Shown: one piece after another, positions 15,839 through 35,357 of the stretch | How positions within the stretch are numbered: the stretch's first letter is position 1 | How the letters are laid out: each line of letters begins with the position of its first letter | Origin: the human T2T-CHM13v2.0 reference genome, Homo sapiens | DNA length: 64,000 nucleotides | NCBI RefSeq assembly: GCF_009914755.1 | Contig: NC_060933.1 | Strand: one strand, 5' to 3' | Program-made: the position numbers and the translations under genes | Notes under the pieces: generated by a model | What the model saw: only the letters and a program-made list of their open reading frames with translations | What the model was told of the DNA's origin: nothing | Database searches by the model: none

Positions 15839-18800
15839 CTTTGTGGTTTTATCTACCTTTGGTCTTTGATGATGGTGATGTACAGTTGGGTTTTTGGTGT
15901 GGATGTCCTTTCTGTTTGTTAGTTTTCCTTCTAACAGACAAGACCCTCAGCTGCAGGTCTGTTGGAGTTTGCTAGAGGTCCACTCCAGACCCTGTTTGCC
16001 TGGGTATCAGCAGTGGTGGCTGCAGAACAGCAGATATTGGTGAACCGCAAATGCTGCTGCCTGATCGTTCCTCTGGAAGTTTTGTCTCAGAGGAGTACCC
16101 AGCCGTGTGAAGTGTCAGTCCGCCCCTACTGTGGGGTGCCTCCCAGTTAGGCTACCCAGGGGTCAGGGACCCACTTGTGGAGGCAGTCTGCCCGCTCTCA
16201 GATCTCAAGCTGCATGCTGGGAGAACCACTACTCTCTTCAAAGCTGTCAGAGAGGGACATTTAAGTCTGCAGAGGTTACTGCTGTCTTTTTGTTCGTCTG
16301 TGCCCTGCCCCCAGAGGTGGAGCCTACAGAGGCAGGCAGGCCTCCTTGAGCTGTGGTGGGCCCCACCCAGTTCGAGCTTCCCAGCTTCTTTGTTTACCTA
16401 ATCAAACAACTAACTCGGCAATGGCGGGCACCCCTCCCCCAGCCTCGCTGCTGCCTTGCAGTTTGATCTCAGACTGCTGTGCTAGCAATGAGTGAGACTC
16501 CGTGGGCATACGACCCTCCAAGCCATGTGAGGGATATAATCTCCTGGTGTGCCGTTTTTTAAGCCCGTTGGAAAAACGCAGTATTAGGTTGGGAGTGACC
16601 CGATTTTCCAGGTGCTGTCTGTCACCCCTTTCTTTGACTAGGAAAGGGAATTCCCTGACCCCTTGCACTTCCCTGGTGAGGTGATGCCTCGCCCTGCTTT
16701 GGCTTGTGCACAGTGCACCGCTCCCACTGTCCTGCACCTACTGTTTGGCACTCCCCAGTGAGATGAACCTGGTACCTCAGTTGGAAATGCAGAAATCACC
16801 CGTCTTCTGTGTCACTCACGCTGGGAGCTGTAGACCGGAGCTGTTCCTATTCGGCCATCTTGGCTCCTCCCCACTCTTTGTTTCTTCTTACAACTTTTAA
16901 CTTTAAGTCTATTTTGTCTGATATAAATGTAGCTACTCTTGCTCACTTTTATTTTCATTTGCAAGGAATATCTTTTTTCATCCCTTCACTTTTATTCTAT
17001 GTGTGTCTTTATAAGTGAAGTAAGTTTCCTGTAGCTGCATAGAGTTGGGTATTGGGTTTAAAAAAATACATTCAGCCAGTCTATATCTTTTAAATGGAGA
17101 ATTTAATTCATCATATTCAAGCTTATTGTTGATAGGTAAAGACTTAATCCTGCCCTTGTATTGATCGTTTCCTGGTTGTTTTGTAAATCCTTTGTTTCTT
17201 AACTACCTCTCATGTGGTTTATTTTTATGGTTGGGTGCCTTTCTGTACTGATAAGGTTTGATTCCTTTCTGTTTTTCCTTTGCTTATTGGCTTTACCAGT
17301 GAATTTTATAGTTTTGTATGTTTTTATGATGGTGGTTATCTTCTTTTCACTTCCAGATGTAAGAGTCTCTTGAGCATTCCTTGTAAGTTTGGTCTAGTGG
17401 TGATGAATTCCCTTAGATTTTGCTTGTCTGTGAAAGATTTTATTTCTCCATCATTTTTGAAGGAAAGCTTTGCTGTGTACAATATTCTTGGCCAATAGTT
17501 TATCTTTCAGGACTTTGAATATATCATCCTGTTCTCTCCTGGCCTGAAAGGTTTCTGCAAACAAATTCACTGTTAGTCTAGTGGAGATTCCCTTATAGTT
17601 GACTTGATGCTTTTGTCTTGTTGCTTTTAAAATTCTTTTTTTTTGTTTTTGACTTTTGACAATTTGAGTATAATGTGCATCAGAGAGAACCTGTCTGGAT
17701 TAAATATATTTGGGGTTGTTTGAGCTTCTTGAACCTGGATGTCTATCTCATTCTCAAGACTTGGGAAGTTTTCTGATATTATTTCATTAAGTATGTTTCT
17801 CTCACCTTTTTTCTTCTTTTCTCCTTCTAGAATGTCAACAATATATGTATTTTTTTCACTTAGTGGTGTTGCATAAATCCTGTAGGCTTTCTTTATTCTT
17901 TTATTATTTTTTTCCTTTTGGCATACCTGTGTTATTTCAAAAGTCCTTTCTTCCAGTTCAGAAATTCTTTCCTCTGCTCAGTCTAGTTTGTTGTTGAAGC
18001 TCTCTTATTCATTGAATTCTTTGGCTACAGGATTTCTGTTTGGGTCTGTTTATTGATATATATCTTTTTGTTGAATTTCTTATTCAAATACTAAATTGTT
18101 TTCCAAATTTTGTTGAATTGTCTATCTGTATTCTCTTATATCTCACTGAGTTTCTTTAAGATTATTATTTTGAATCCTTTTCTGGTATTTCATATATTTC
18201 CTTATGATTGGGGCCTGTTACTGGAGAATTATTATTTTCCTTTGGTATGTGACATGTTTCCTTGCTTTTTCATGGTTGATGTGCCCTTACGTTGATTTCT
18301 ATGCATCTTAAGGAAAAGTAGCCTCTTTGTATTTTACAGAATAGGCTTTGTATGAAAACACTTGTTCAGATGAATGGGCCTTAGAGTGTTGGTTTGGTGT
18401 GGTGTGTATTGGCCTTGGTTCGAGGTTGATACAGAAGTGTAGTCTGTGTAATTTACTCAGTTGTAATCCACACTAGTGGTGTTTGTGTTTCTCAGTGGCC
18501 TATGATGAGAGAGTTTGTGGTGATGGCAGTGCAGCTTTGCCAGGTTCTACACACATGTACATAGGCATCCCTCTGGCTCAAGGATATATTGGATTTTTGG
18601 AGGCTCTGAGGCCTTTCCTGCTTGGGGGAGGGTAACTGGCAGTGATTTGGCCACCTCAAGGGTAGATTTTCCCTGGATGGTACTGGCCAACTGTTCCTCC
18701 AGCTGGAAGTTTGGTGAGGGTAGGGGGAGTTGGTTACCCTGTTGCACAGGACCAGAGTCACAGCGGTCCTGGGACCATGCTCTGTACAGCTAGGATTGTG

Positions 18801-19463
18801 ACATTCAGCCACCTATGTGGGCTTGGTGGAATGAGGATGGAGCCCCAGTGCTGGAGAGCCACATTGGCTACTGGACCCCAGAGCAGGGTCCACTCCAGAG
18901 GGGGGCTCTGGTCTCAAGACAGTGCTGTGCTACAACACCTTGGCTCACAGTGGGTGAGTGGTTGGGTGGTGCACACCTTATCCTACTAATCTGGGGCAAT
19001 GCAGCTGTGTGAATTCCCACCAGCTTTCCAAACTGGATTCAGGGCTTGCAAGGATTGTGAGATTCTTCTGATGTAAGGACTTATAGGTGTTTGTGGCAGC
19101 AATGGGGATAGGTGGGGCTCTTCTGCTTGACTTTTCCCTACAATGCAGAGTCTCTTCTGACTCCAGGCAGATGTGACCCATGTTGGGGAAACGAGGCTAC
19201 AGAGTCCTGGTGCCTCCATGCTGTCCTCCTCCACTTCTAATCACCACAGCTGTACCTCTAACTCACCCACTGCACTCTAGCACTCTCCCTTTGACACTCC
19301 ATTCAAATCTTAGCTCTGTAGTTATTGCCTTGGTCCTTTCTTGCTGAGGTGGGGTTCTGAATGTTTGGTGTCTCTTGGCAGGCATCTTGCTGTTTCTTTT
19401 CCTAACTCAAAAGTCTTCTTCTTAAATCAGTCCCTTGTAAGGGGGATGCCATAAGCCTTAAAC

Positions 19464-19671
19464 CAGGGTTTCTCTACCTCAGGACCATTCTCTTTTTGGG
19501 TTGGATAATTCTTTGTTGTGGGTTGCCCTGTGCATGGTAGGATGTTTAGCAGCATTTCTGGCCTTTACCCACTAGATGCCTCCCCTCACATTATGACACT
19601 CAAAAATGTCACATTTTAGGTATTGCCGAATATCTCTGGGGAGAAAATCACCACTAAGTTGAGAACCACTG
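19464..19671 (-). mobile_element. MER20 (hAT-Charlie MITE)
   Basis: Termini CAGGGTTTCTC...GAGAACCACTG; 8-bp TSD CCTTAAAC/CCTTAGAC. Confidence 0.9.
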
Positions 19672-20354
19672 CCTTAGACCATCAGGTCTACCCTGGAGCT
19701 AGGGGCATGGGCCAGCTTGCTTTAAGGGCACTTGAGTTACATGAGGGAGAGTGAGATATTGAATAAAATCTGGGTCCTTTCCTGAAGGAGAAAGGTGAGA
19801 ATGGATGGCAGCCAACAACGTTCATTATACCTACATTAATCAAATATGTCTCCAGATCTGGAACATATTTCAGCTTTCCTGTAAATCAGGCTATATGTGG
19901 GAAAATTGAAAAATATGTTTAGAATTTTGATGTTTGGGCAGAGAAGAACTTCCAGTAAGACATCAACCATTTTTAGAATATCAAAGGAGACAGAGGATCC
20001 TTTTTCTGCCCTATGGTTGGTGGAAGACGGAGAGAGAAGCTCTACAATGCTGTATTGGGAAAGAGGCAACCTTCCTAAGGGTCCTTGGGGTCTACTTATA
20101 CAGTCTTTGCAAAGACCTTCTTTTAAATTAGGCTTAGACTGGACTTTTCTGACTTCTGTGGCTTGAGGAATAGCAAAGAACTATCAGGATCTCCTGATTC
20201 TCCCTGCCAAAGAGTCTCTTAGTTTAAATTATTCCAGATATGTTGTGTAAAGCAAAAAAAAAATTATTTCCAGAGCACGTTTTTAAATCTTAGGAAAATC
20301 AGTGAGATAGCATACTTGTAGTAATTAAAACCTAGGATTTGCTATTCTAGAATG

Positions 20355-20470
20355 AGTCATTTATTTATTCATTCATTTTATGTATTCAGCAAATGTTGAG
20401 TGCCTGATATGTGCCTGTTATGTGAGGAAAACAAAGTCCCAGTTCTTGCAGCGTTGAATATCTGGTAAAG
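20355..20470 (-). mobile_element. L2 3' fragment
   Basis: CATTCATT...CAGCAAATGTTGAGTGCCTGATATGTGCC L2-end signature. Confidence 0.6.
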
Positions 20471-21995
20471 GCAACACATGTCCTGAAATTGAACACCTAA
20501 GACCTGACTCAGATGAATGTACTTTCTCCCCTAAAATTGATCTATTCCTGCTCTGGCACCCTACTGGCCTCTAGGAACTATGGAAACAAATCTTGAACTT
20601 ACCAGTTAGTTTATCTCAATCTTTTCAAATTTAAATGATGTCTTCTCTGGTTCCACCTTTTTTGGATAGATGCCTCATTGTTCAGATTTCCTTCTTCACT
20701 CCCCTTGGATGCCCTCTGAGGATGAGATGAGCTACAATTGTATGATTGGTAAAAAGAGTCCTTAAATACATATCCATAGGTTCGTTGGGAAGCTCTCTTG
20801 CTTTTCTGGTCTTTCCAGTCTCTCTCCTTAGCCATCTTGTTGATATCTGATCCTGAGGTTTAAGACTCATGAACTAATGGCACGTTCTCTTGCCTTAGTT
20901 CATCTCCAGTGGTTTGCTCCTTTTGACCCACCCTGCACTTTCAGGCCCACTTTCAGAATGCGTGGTCCACCCTTTCACCCTAGGTGTGGTAATCTCTTGG
21001 CTACTTTGCCACTTGTCTTCCATGGCACCATAAAGAATCCAGACACACCTGGATTCCTTCCAAGAACACATAAATCTCAAGTATGCCTGAAAGTTCCAAT
21101 TTTGGCTTTCCCTTTTTGACCATTCCCTGCTGTTATTTTTACAATGCTGAAACCATCCTACGTTTCCATTAAGTGATCTACTTCCCCCGATTCCATGCTG
21201 GGCATGGGTCACCTGCTTTACAATTTGCCCTCAACTAATCTCACCCCCAAAGTGATTGGTGGAAGTTCTGCTTTCCTTCCTGTTGCCATGGAGACCAGCC
21301 ACCCTGTCTTTCCCTCCTCTCCCCACTTCTAAGTCTCAGCCATGTTTTTTTCTGTGGACATTGAATACCCAACTCCCAGCTGTTTCTTAGATCCCACAGC
21401 TATGCCTTTCAAACTGTCTCCATGGGAATAGCTCTCTTCTCTCCACACTCATCAAATGCTATAGACTTCTTGCTAACCATGGACTGGACCTCAGGGCTTG
21501 CCCAGGGTTAGACTTTTCTAAACGTCTCCGAGAATTCACTAGATCTGGAAGCTGAGTCCATTCTTGGGCCACAGGGCTACTTCCACAGAGCCTGTAGATC
21601 ACCCATCACTGCTCAAAGCTGGGGCTATCCTCTGGCTTTCAGACGCATCTCTAGGCTATCTTCATCTTTAAAGACTCACCCTGCAGCAGAGGCCAAGAAA
21701 CTGCTGCCTCCCACCTTATCAATCAGCTGTGCACAGATGGAGGTCCCTCTCCTAGCCCTGGACACAGAGATATGATGGAAAGAAATACAGATTCTTTAGA
21801 GAATCTGTATCTCCTTCAAAAGGAAATAGAGCTGGTGTTGGGCAGATCTGAGCTGTGTGGGTGATAAAGACAGGGGAGGATGGAAAGAAATTTCTACTGA
21901 TTGGATAACCACTGGGCTGAAAACTAAGTATATATGTCTGATAGTCTTCTCAAAATTATACAATTTGTGAGTTATACTAGAAAATGAAGGCTTAG

Positions 21996-22305
21996 ACCGG
22001 GTGCGGTGGCTCACAATTGTAATCTCAGCACTTTGGGAGGCCGAGGTGGGCAGATCACCTGAAGTCAGGAGTTTGAGACCAGCCTAAACAATATGGTGAA
22101 ACCCCATCTCTACTAAAAGTACAAAAATTAGCCAGGCGTGGTGGTGGGTGCCTGTAGTCCTAGCTACTCAGGAGTCTGAGACAGGAGAATTGCTTGAACC
22201 CAGGAGGTGGAGGTCATAGTGACTTGAGATTGTGCCACCGCACGCCAGCCTGGGTGACAGAGTGAGACTCTGTCTCAAAAAAAAAAAAAAGAAAAGAAAA
22301 GAAAA
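21996..22305 (+). mobile_element. AluS (within a MIR-like remnant)
   Basis: Alu consensus; AAGGCTTA flanks. Confidence 0.9.
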
Positions 22306-24240
22306 CAAAGGCTTAAAGAGGTAGAATCACAGGCAGATGGCAATATGATTTTACTGGTCTATGTGAGACTTCACCAAGGTCTTTCTGACTTCAACGTTTA
22401 TATATTTTTTTACTACGCCATGCGCCAAGCTCCTGTCACCTGACTGAATCCTCATACCTCAAAGAGCTACTGTTCCTTTCTGGATTGTGTGATCACCATC
22501 TGCAACTGGGACTCAGTAGTCTCAAGACCATGGTTCCAGCTCTGCCTCCATTTTGCTTTGATCTTGGGCAAGTTGTTTTCCCTCGTGGGCTTTGGTTTCC
22601 TTAACTGTAAGCAAGAGTCAAAGAACATGAAGCCAAACATTATTGTTTTTAATTAATCATGAACAATTCAATTTTTTCAATTTTTCTCATTAGGGTGTGC
22701 ATTTTTATAAATTTTTGTATTTATAATGATTTGTTCTTATTGATTATTTGAAATTTAAGTAAAAAGTTAAATTATATATTTTGTGGTTTTTGTTTTTATG
22801 TTTAGATTTATCTTCTATTTTTGAAACTGGATTTTAAATTAGAGTTGTGATATAAAGCTTTCTTTTAAAATGTATAAATTTTTTAAAGTCAAATTTATTT
22901 ACAGAAAATTATTAATAAGTAAATAATTATCCAGAGATGGCAAAAATCATGAAGTTGATAATTATCTGACTGAACTTTAGGAAGTACTAGGTCTAAGACA
23001 GAGATGAGAAAATGCTCAGGATTTAACAGTGATGCTGTCTAACATTTGGACATTAAGAAAAATAAGAGGAACTGGAAAAAGAAGGCCAAAAAAGGAGGGG
23101 GTTGAGTCATAAGAGGGAAATTAAGAGTGTAACATAATTAGTCCTTGTGCTGTGCTGCTCTAACTGCATGGTTGCCAAATGTATCAAAAAAGCTACCGTT
23201 TTTTTTTTTTGGTCACTTCCAAGGTGGCCAAATAGGAACAGCTCTGGTCTGCAGCTCCCAGCGAGATCGACGCGGAAGAAGGGTGATTTTTCCATTTCCA
23301 ACTGAGGTACCTGGTTCATTTCACTGGGACTGGTTGGAGAGTGGGTGCAGCCCATGGAGGATTAGCTGAAGCAGGGTGGGGTCACCTCACCCAGGAAGCA
23401 CAAGGGGTCAGGGGATTTCCCCTTCCTAGCCAAGGGAAGCTGTGACAGACTGTACCTGGAGAAATGGTACACTCCAGACCAAATACTGCACTTTTCCCAC
23501 AGTCTTAGCAACCGGCAGACCAGGAGATACCCTCCTGTGCCTGGCTTGGCAGGTCCCACGCCCACGAAGCCTTGCTCACTGCTAGAATGGCAGTCTAAGG
23601 TTGACTTGTGATGCGGCAGCTTGACCAGTGGGGAGGGGCATCTGCCATTGCTGAGGCTTGAGTAGCTCACAGTGTAAACAAAGTGACAGGAAGCACAAAC
23701 TGGGCAGAGCCCACCACAGCTCAGCAAGGCCTACTGCCTCTATAGATTCCCCCTATGGGAACAGGGACTAGTACATCAAAAGGCAGTAGAGAAAGCTTCT
23801 GCAGACTTAAACATCCCTGTCTGACAGCTCTGAAGAGAGCAGTGGTTCTCTCTGCATGGTGTTCGAACTCTGAGAATGGACAGACTGCCTCCTCAAGCAG
23901 GTCCCTAACCCCTGTGTAGCGTGACTGGGAAATACCTCCCGGTAGGGGCTGACAGACATGTCAAACAGGCAGGTGCCCCTCTGGGACGAAGCTTCCAGAG
24001 GAAGGATCAGGCAGCAATATTTTCAGTTCTGCAGCCTCCGCTGGCTATACCCAGGCAAACAGGGTCTGGAGTGGACCTCCAGTAAACTCCAACAGACCTG
24101 CAGTTGAGGGGCCTGACTGTTAGAAGGAAAACTAACAAACAGAAAGGAATAGCATCAACATCAACAAAAAGGACATCCACACCAAAACCCCATCTGTAGG
24201 TCACCAACATCAAAGACCAAAGGTAGATAAAACTACAAAG

Positions 24241-25280
24241 TTGGGGAGAAACCAGAGCAGAAAAGCTGAAAATTCCAAAACACAGAGTTTTCTCTGTGTT
24301 TTGGAGGAGTCTTCTCCTCCAAAAGATTGCAGCTCCTCGCCAGCAAGGGAACAAAACTGGATGGAGAATGAGTTTGACGAGTTGACAGAAGTAGGCTTCA
24401 GAAGGTCAGTAATAACAAACTTCTCTAAGCTAAAGGAGCATGTTCTAACCCATCGCAAGGAAGCTAAAAACCTTGAAAAAAGGTTAGATGAATGGCTAAC
24501 AAGAATAAACGGTGTAGAGAAGACCTTAAATGACCTGATGGAGCTGAAAACCATGGCATGAGAACTTCGTGACGCATGCACAAGCTTCAATAGCCGATTT
24601 GATCAAGTGGAAGAAAGGATATCAGTGATTGAAGATCAAATTAATGAAATAAAGTGAGAAGACAAGATTAGAGAAAAAGGAGTGAAAAGAAATAAACAAA
24701 GCCTCCAAGAAATATGGGACTATGTGAAAAGATCAAATATACGTTGATTGGTATACCAGAAAGTGATAGGGAGAATGGAACCAAGTTAGAAAACACTCTT
24801 CAGGATATTGTCCAGGAGAACTTCCCCAACCTAGCAAGGTGGGCAACATTCAATTTCAGGAAACACAGAGAACACACAAAGATACTCCTTGAGAAGAGCA
24901 ACCCCAAGACACATAATTGTCAGATTCACCAATGTTGAAATGAAGGAAAAGATGTTAAGGGCAGCCAGAAAGAAAGGGCAGGTTACCTACAAAGGCAAGC
25001 CCATCAGACTAACAGTGGATCGCTCAACAAAAACCTTACAAGCCAGAAGAAAGTGGGGGCCAATATTCAACATTTTTAAAGAAAAGAATTTTCAACCCAG
25101 AATCTCATATCCAGCCAAACTAAGCTTCATAAGTGAAGGAGAAATAAAATCCTTTACAGACAAGCAAATGCTGAGAGATTTTGTCACCACCAGGCCTGCC
25201 TTACAAGAGCTCATGAAGGAAGCACTAAACATGGAAAGGAACAACTGGTACCAGCCACTGCAAAACAAGCCAAATGGTAA
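24241..25280 (+). pseudogene. L1 ORF1p, disrupted (start ATG mutated to TTG)
   Basis: GRNQSRKAENSK...; RATPRHIIVRFTNVEMKEKML...; internal stops. Confidence 0.9.
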
Positions 25281-25343
25281 AGACCATCGATGTTGGGAAG
25301 AAACTGCATCAACTAACGAGCAAAATAACCAGCTAACATCATA

Positions 25344-29160
<3,817 letters not shown>

Positions 29161-30509
29161 ACAACGAGTACACATGGAGACAGGGTGGGGAACATCACAC
29201 ACTGGGGCCTGTTGGGGGCTGGGGGCTTGGGGAGGGATAGCATTAGGAGAAATACCTAATGTAAGTGATGAGTTGAGGGGTACAGGAAACCAACATGGCA
29301 CATGTCTACCTATGTAAAAAACCTGCACGTTGTGCACATGTACCGTAGAACTTAAAGTATAATAAAATAAAAAATAATAAAAATAAAAAATAAAAAAGTT
29401 ACCTCAAGACATCCAGGGTTTCCCTTGGGAGGGGAGAGTCCCCTGCCAGCCTAGGTCAGAACTTTTAACTAATGATATTGGGTGGGGTTAATGCAATGAT
29501 TCACATTTCCAGAAGCAATCCCTGCTAGCTATCATTCATTGTTTAGGAGGTGTGATATTCCCTCCTGGGCCAAAGAGGTGGAAGTTGAGAAGGAAGAAAG
29601 CAGTGAAGAGAATGAGAAAAGGGAAGAACTTGAAAGTCAAATGTGGTGGGAGTAGGAGAAAGCTTGGAAATTCAGTAAGAAAAAATTGAGCCTAAGGCAG
29701 AGCTGCACTGCCAATATATAAGGAGAAAATTGAAGAGTGGCCTTCATTCAAGAAAATAGAGTTCGATGAAACAAAAAAAGTAAATAAAAAAGATAAATGG
29801 ACCTAACCTTGAACTGTCCTGGTTCCTGAACTGGTATGCTTTATCCCCTGGGCATGGAACAGGCCAAAGTGCCTCTCAGTGGGGTTGCCAGAGCAAATAA
29901 AGGGTGTCCCATACACTACTTGGAACATTCTTGTACCAAAAAAACTGTTCATTGCTTGCCTGAAACTCAAATCTCACTGGGTGTTTTGTATTCACTTAAT
30001 TTATTTTGTTTTTGCTTAATTACTCTGTGAGGGCTTGCGCTCTGGGAAAGGATCAACCCAGAGGAATATTTACCGGCTCTCAGGTTGCCTAACCATGCTA
30101 TCATCTTGCCGTGACTGTGAAAAAAACTCCCTTTTCTTCTTATTCCCAATGTTTTACTTTGAAAAATGTCAAACCTACAGAAGATTTGTGAGAAATGTAC
30201 AATGAACTTCCATATGCTGTTTATATGTCACTAATTTTACCATTTTTGTCACATTTTCTTCCTTTCTCTCCCTTTGTACGTGTGTATCCTTAGCTGAACC
30301 ATTTGAGAGTTACAGATATCATGATACCCAAGCCCCAAAACACTCTGCATGTCTCTCTCAAAAATTAGAATATTTTCCTATATATAAGCATGATGCAAAG
30401 ATCACACTCGGGTCATATTTAACATTGACACAATACTATTTTCTAATATGCAGTCTATATTTAAATTTCTGCAGTTGGCCCAATACTGCTTTTTAGCATG
30501 GTTTCTAAT

Positions 30510-30650
30510 TTTAATTTTCAATTTATATTTTTAGAGACTAGGTCCCGCTGTGCTGCCCAGTCTGGTCTCAAACTCCTGGGCTCAAGCGTTCCTCCCGTCT
30601 CAGCCACTTGAGCAGCTGGAACCACAGGTCCGTGCTGCTATGCTCAAGTC
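30510..30650 (-). mobile_element. FLAM/Alu monomer
   Basis: Alu left-arm monomer. Confidence 0.8.
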
Positions 30651-31101
30651 AGTTTTTGTTTTTTAATTCAAAGTTTGGGCAATGATCAGACCTTGCATTT
30701 GTTTTCATGTCTCTTTAGTGTTCTTTAATGTAAAACAGTTTGCCAGCCCTTTTAAAATTTGTGCATGATATTGACATTTTTGAAGAGTTCAGGCTGGTTC
30801 TTCTGCACGTGTCTGATTGTTTTCCCATGACTAGACTTTGGTTAAACATTATTGGCAAGAATACTGCACAGGGTGTGGTTGTGTCATGGGTCTCAGTACA
30901 TTACAGAGCAGAGGACTGGTGATGTGAATTGTTTTAAAAATTGGTGATGTTGAATTTGTTCATTTAATTAAAGTGGTGTCTACTGGATTTCCCCATCATA
31001 ATCATTCCTTTTTTTCTTTATAATTAAAATATAACCAGTGATGTGCTACTTTGAGACTGCGTGAATATCCTGTTTCCCCATCTTTCTCCCAATGGTTTTA
31101 G

Positions 31102-31787
<686 letters not shown>

Positions 31788-32702
31788 GACAATTTTCTAT
31801 TTCTATCATTTTGTCTATGTTTATTAGTTGGCATTTTTCTATAAAAAGGACTTCCCTTCTCTTCCTAATCCCTTTAACATTTCTTAATATCAGTATGAAC
31901 TCATGAATTCTATTTTATTGAGTATGAATTGCCCCAAATTTGATGAGTGGCAGCCCCCATAAACTGGTTCTTGTATCTCTTTGACACATCTTCCTCAGTT
32001 TTTGAGCACTTTTAACATTTCTGGCACAATAAGATGTTCCAGGCTCACCTGAAAATGAGCTATGCTTCCAAAGGGTCTGGTGAATGGTATTTAGAGAGCA
32101 AGATATGGGTGCTGTGTGTGCTCACTACTCTGTGGCAAAATTGCTTTTAGGGCCTTTCAATGCACAGAACAGGAAAATACTTCTGTCAAAATCATGAATT
32201 CATAATGATACCACCAAGTGATACCCAATCCAATAATATAGGATCTTCCTCCTCTCCTTCCCCTAATCTATATTTGTATCTTTTTTCTCCCACAGTGAAA
32301 TTCCTGGTACCTCAAAATGTCAATAGATGTTTACTCATTTGCTCATTCTTGCAATATACACAAAATGGTTCCAGAATTGCCTCACCACCAACACTATTAC
32401 CAAAAGCAAGCAAACCTAGCAAGTTTAAGATTCTTTTTTTTTTTTTTTTTTTGGTCTTAGACTCTTAGACTCTATTCCATTGAAGGTGTATAGCCAGAAT
32501 ACTTTCCTGCTGTGTCCAAAAGTTGTTTGGATTAATTCTTTTTTCTTTCCAATCATGTTACCAATTCGATTATAATCAAGTTTATTCATTTCTTTCACTG
32601 TCAGGTCTCTGTTCCTCCATTCTTGTTGATTTAATTTTATTTTTTGAATATGTAAAATACCAGCATGGTTCAAAATTCAAGACAGTATGAAAGTTATACT
32701 GA

Positions 32703-33093
<391 letters not shown>

Positions 33094-33554
33094 TCTGTAT
33101 TTTTCTTTTTTAAATAAATGAATGAATATATATTTTGTCTTTATCACACAAAAGGTAGCATACTATATACAGTCTTTTTTCATTTAGTAATATAGTCTGG
33201 AAATCAGTTTATATAGTTTAACAGAAATCTTTTTTATATTTGTACCAGAGTTTATCAACCAAACTCCTATGTATGGGCCTTTAGGGTGTTTCCAGTATTT
33301 TTCTATTACAAATAATGTTGCGATGAATAACTTTGTGCACGTGTTTTCTTCTGTTGTTGGAGGTGCATTTTCAGGGTAAATTCATAGAAGCGTGATCTCT
33401 GGATCAAAGGGAAACTGCAAATGTACTTTTGCTAGATATTGCCCGTTTCCTTTCCGTAGGTAACATTTTGTACCGCCCAGGAGGGAAGGAGAGCGTGTGC
33501 TTTCCCACAACCTCTCTTGTTTGTCAAGAGTTTACATTTCTGCCAATCTGATAG

Positions 33555-33892
<338 letters not shown>

Positions 33893-33949
33893 GCATCTCA
33901 TATAGTTTTAACATGTGCTTCTTTTTTATGAGTTGAGCATCTTTTCATG

Positions 33950-34247
33950 TTTTTTCTTTTCTTTCTTTTTTTTTTTTAAGACAAAAATCTCACTCTGTTG
34001 TGGAGTGCAATGGTGCGATATTGGCTTACTGCAACCTCCGCCTCCCTGGTTCAAGCAATTCTCCTGCCTCAGGCTCCTGAGCAGCGGTGATTACAGGTGT
34101 GGTGGAGGGCTAATTTTTGGTATTTTTAGTAGAGATGAGGTTTCACCGTGTTGGCCAGGCTGGTCTTTAACTCCTGACCTCAGGTGATCCCCCTGCCTCA
34201 GCCTCTCAAAGTGCTGGGATTACAGGCGTGAGCCACCACACCCAGCC
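33950..34247 (-). mobile_element. AluS
   Basis: Alu consensus. Confidence 0.88.
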
Positions 34248-34609
34248 TCATGTGTTCTTTTCCTTTTTAAAAATATATATAAAACTTTGGTCATAATATT
34301 GGAATTGAATTATTCATCAGGGCTGAAATAAAATGAAACAAAACTTTTTTTCCCAAAGAATCTCTATCTTGGTGGCTTCACGTACATAAGAAATAGTTTT
34401 ATGATGTATTAGAGAACAATGGATTTAAAGATAAAGCATGATTTTGTAACAATATTACAAAACAGTTTGAGGCATGAAGTTAAAAAAAGTCACTATCTGA
34501 GTGGAATAAGTTCTACAGTTCTGTATTTTCTCCATGCAAATTTGGAGAAAGGTTAATGATAATCTCTTTGTCTGGTATATCACTCTATTACAAAAGGCTC
34601 TTACTTGCT

Positions 34610-34902
<293 letters not shown>

Positions 34903-34958
34903 CAAGAATCTCACTTTTAATACTGTGGGGCACATTGGACCCATTTTATCCCATTTTA

Positions 34959-35357
<399 letters not shown>

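Noticed and set aside
16421-16684. L1 antisense ORF0
   Set aside because: Starts correctly (MAGTPPPASLLPCSL...) but stops at TGA 16493-16495 after 24 codons; the L1PA6 equivalent is frameshifted
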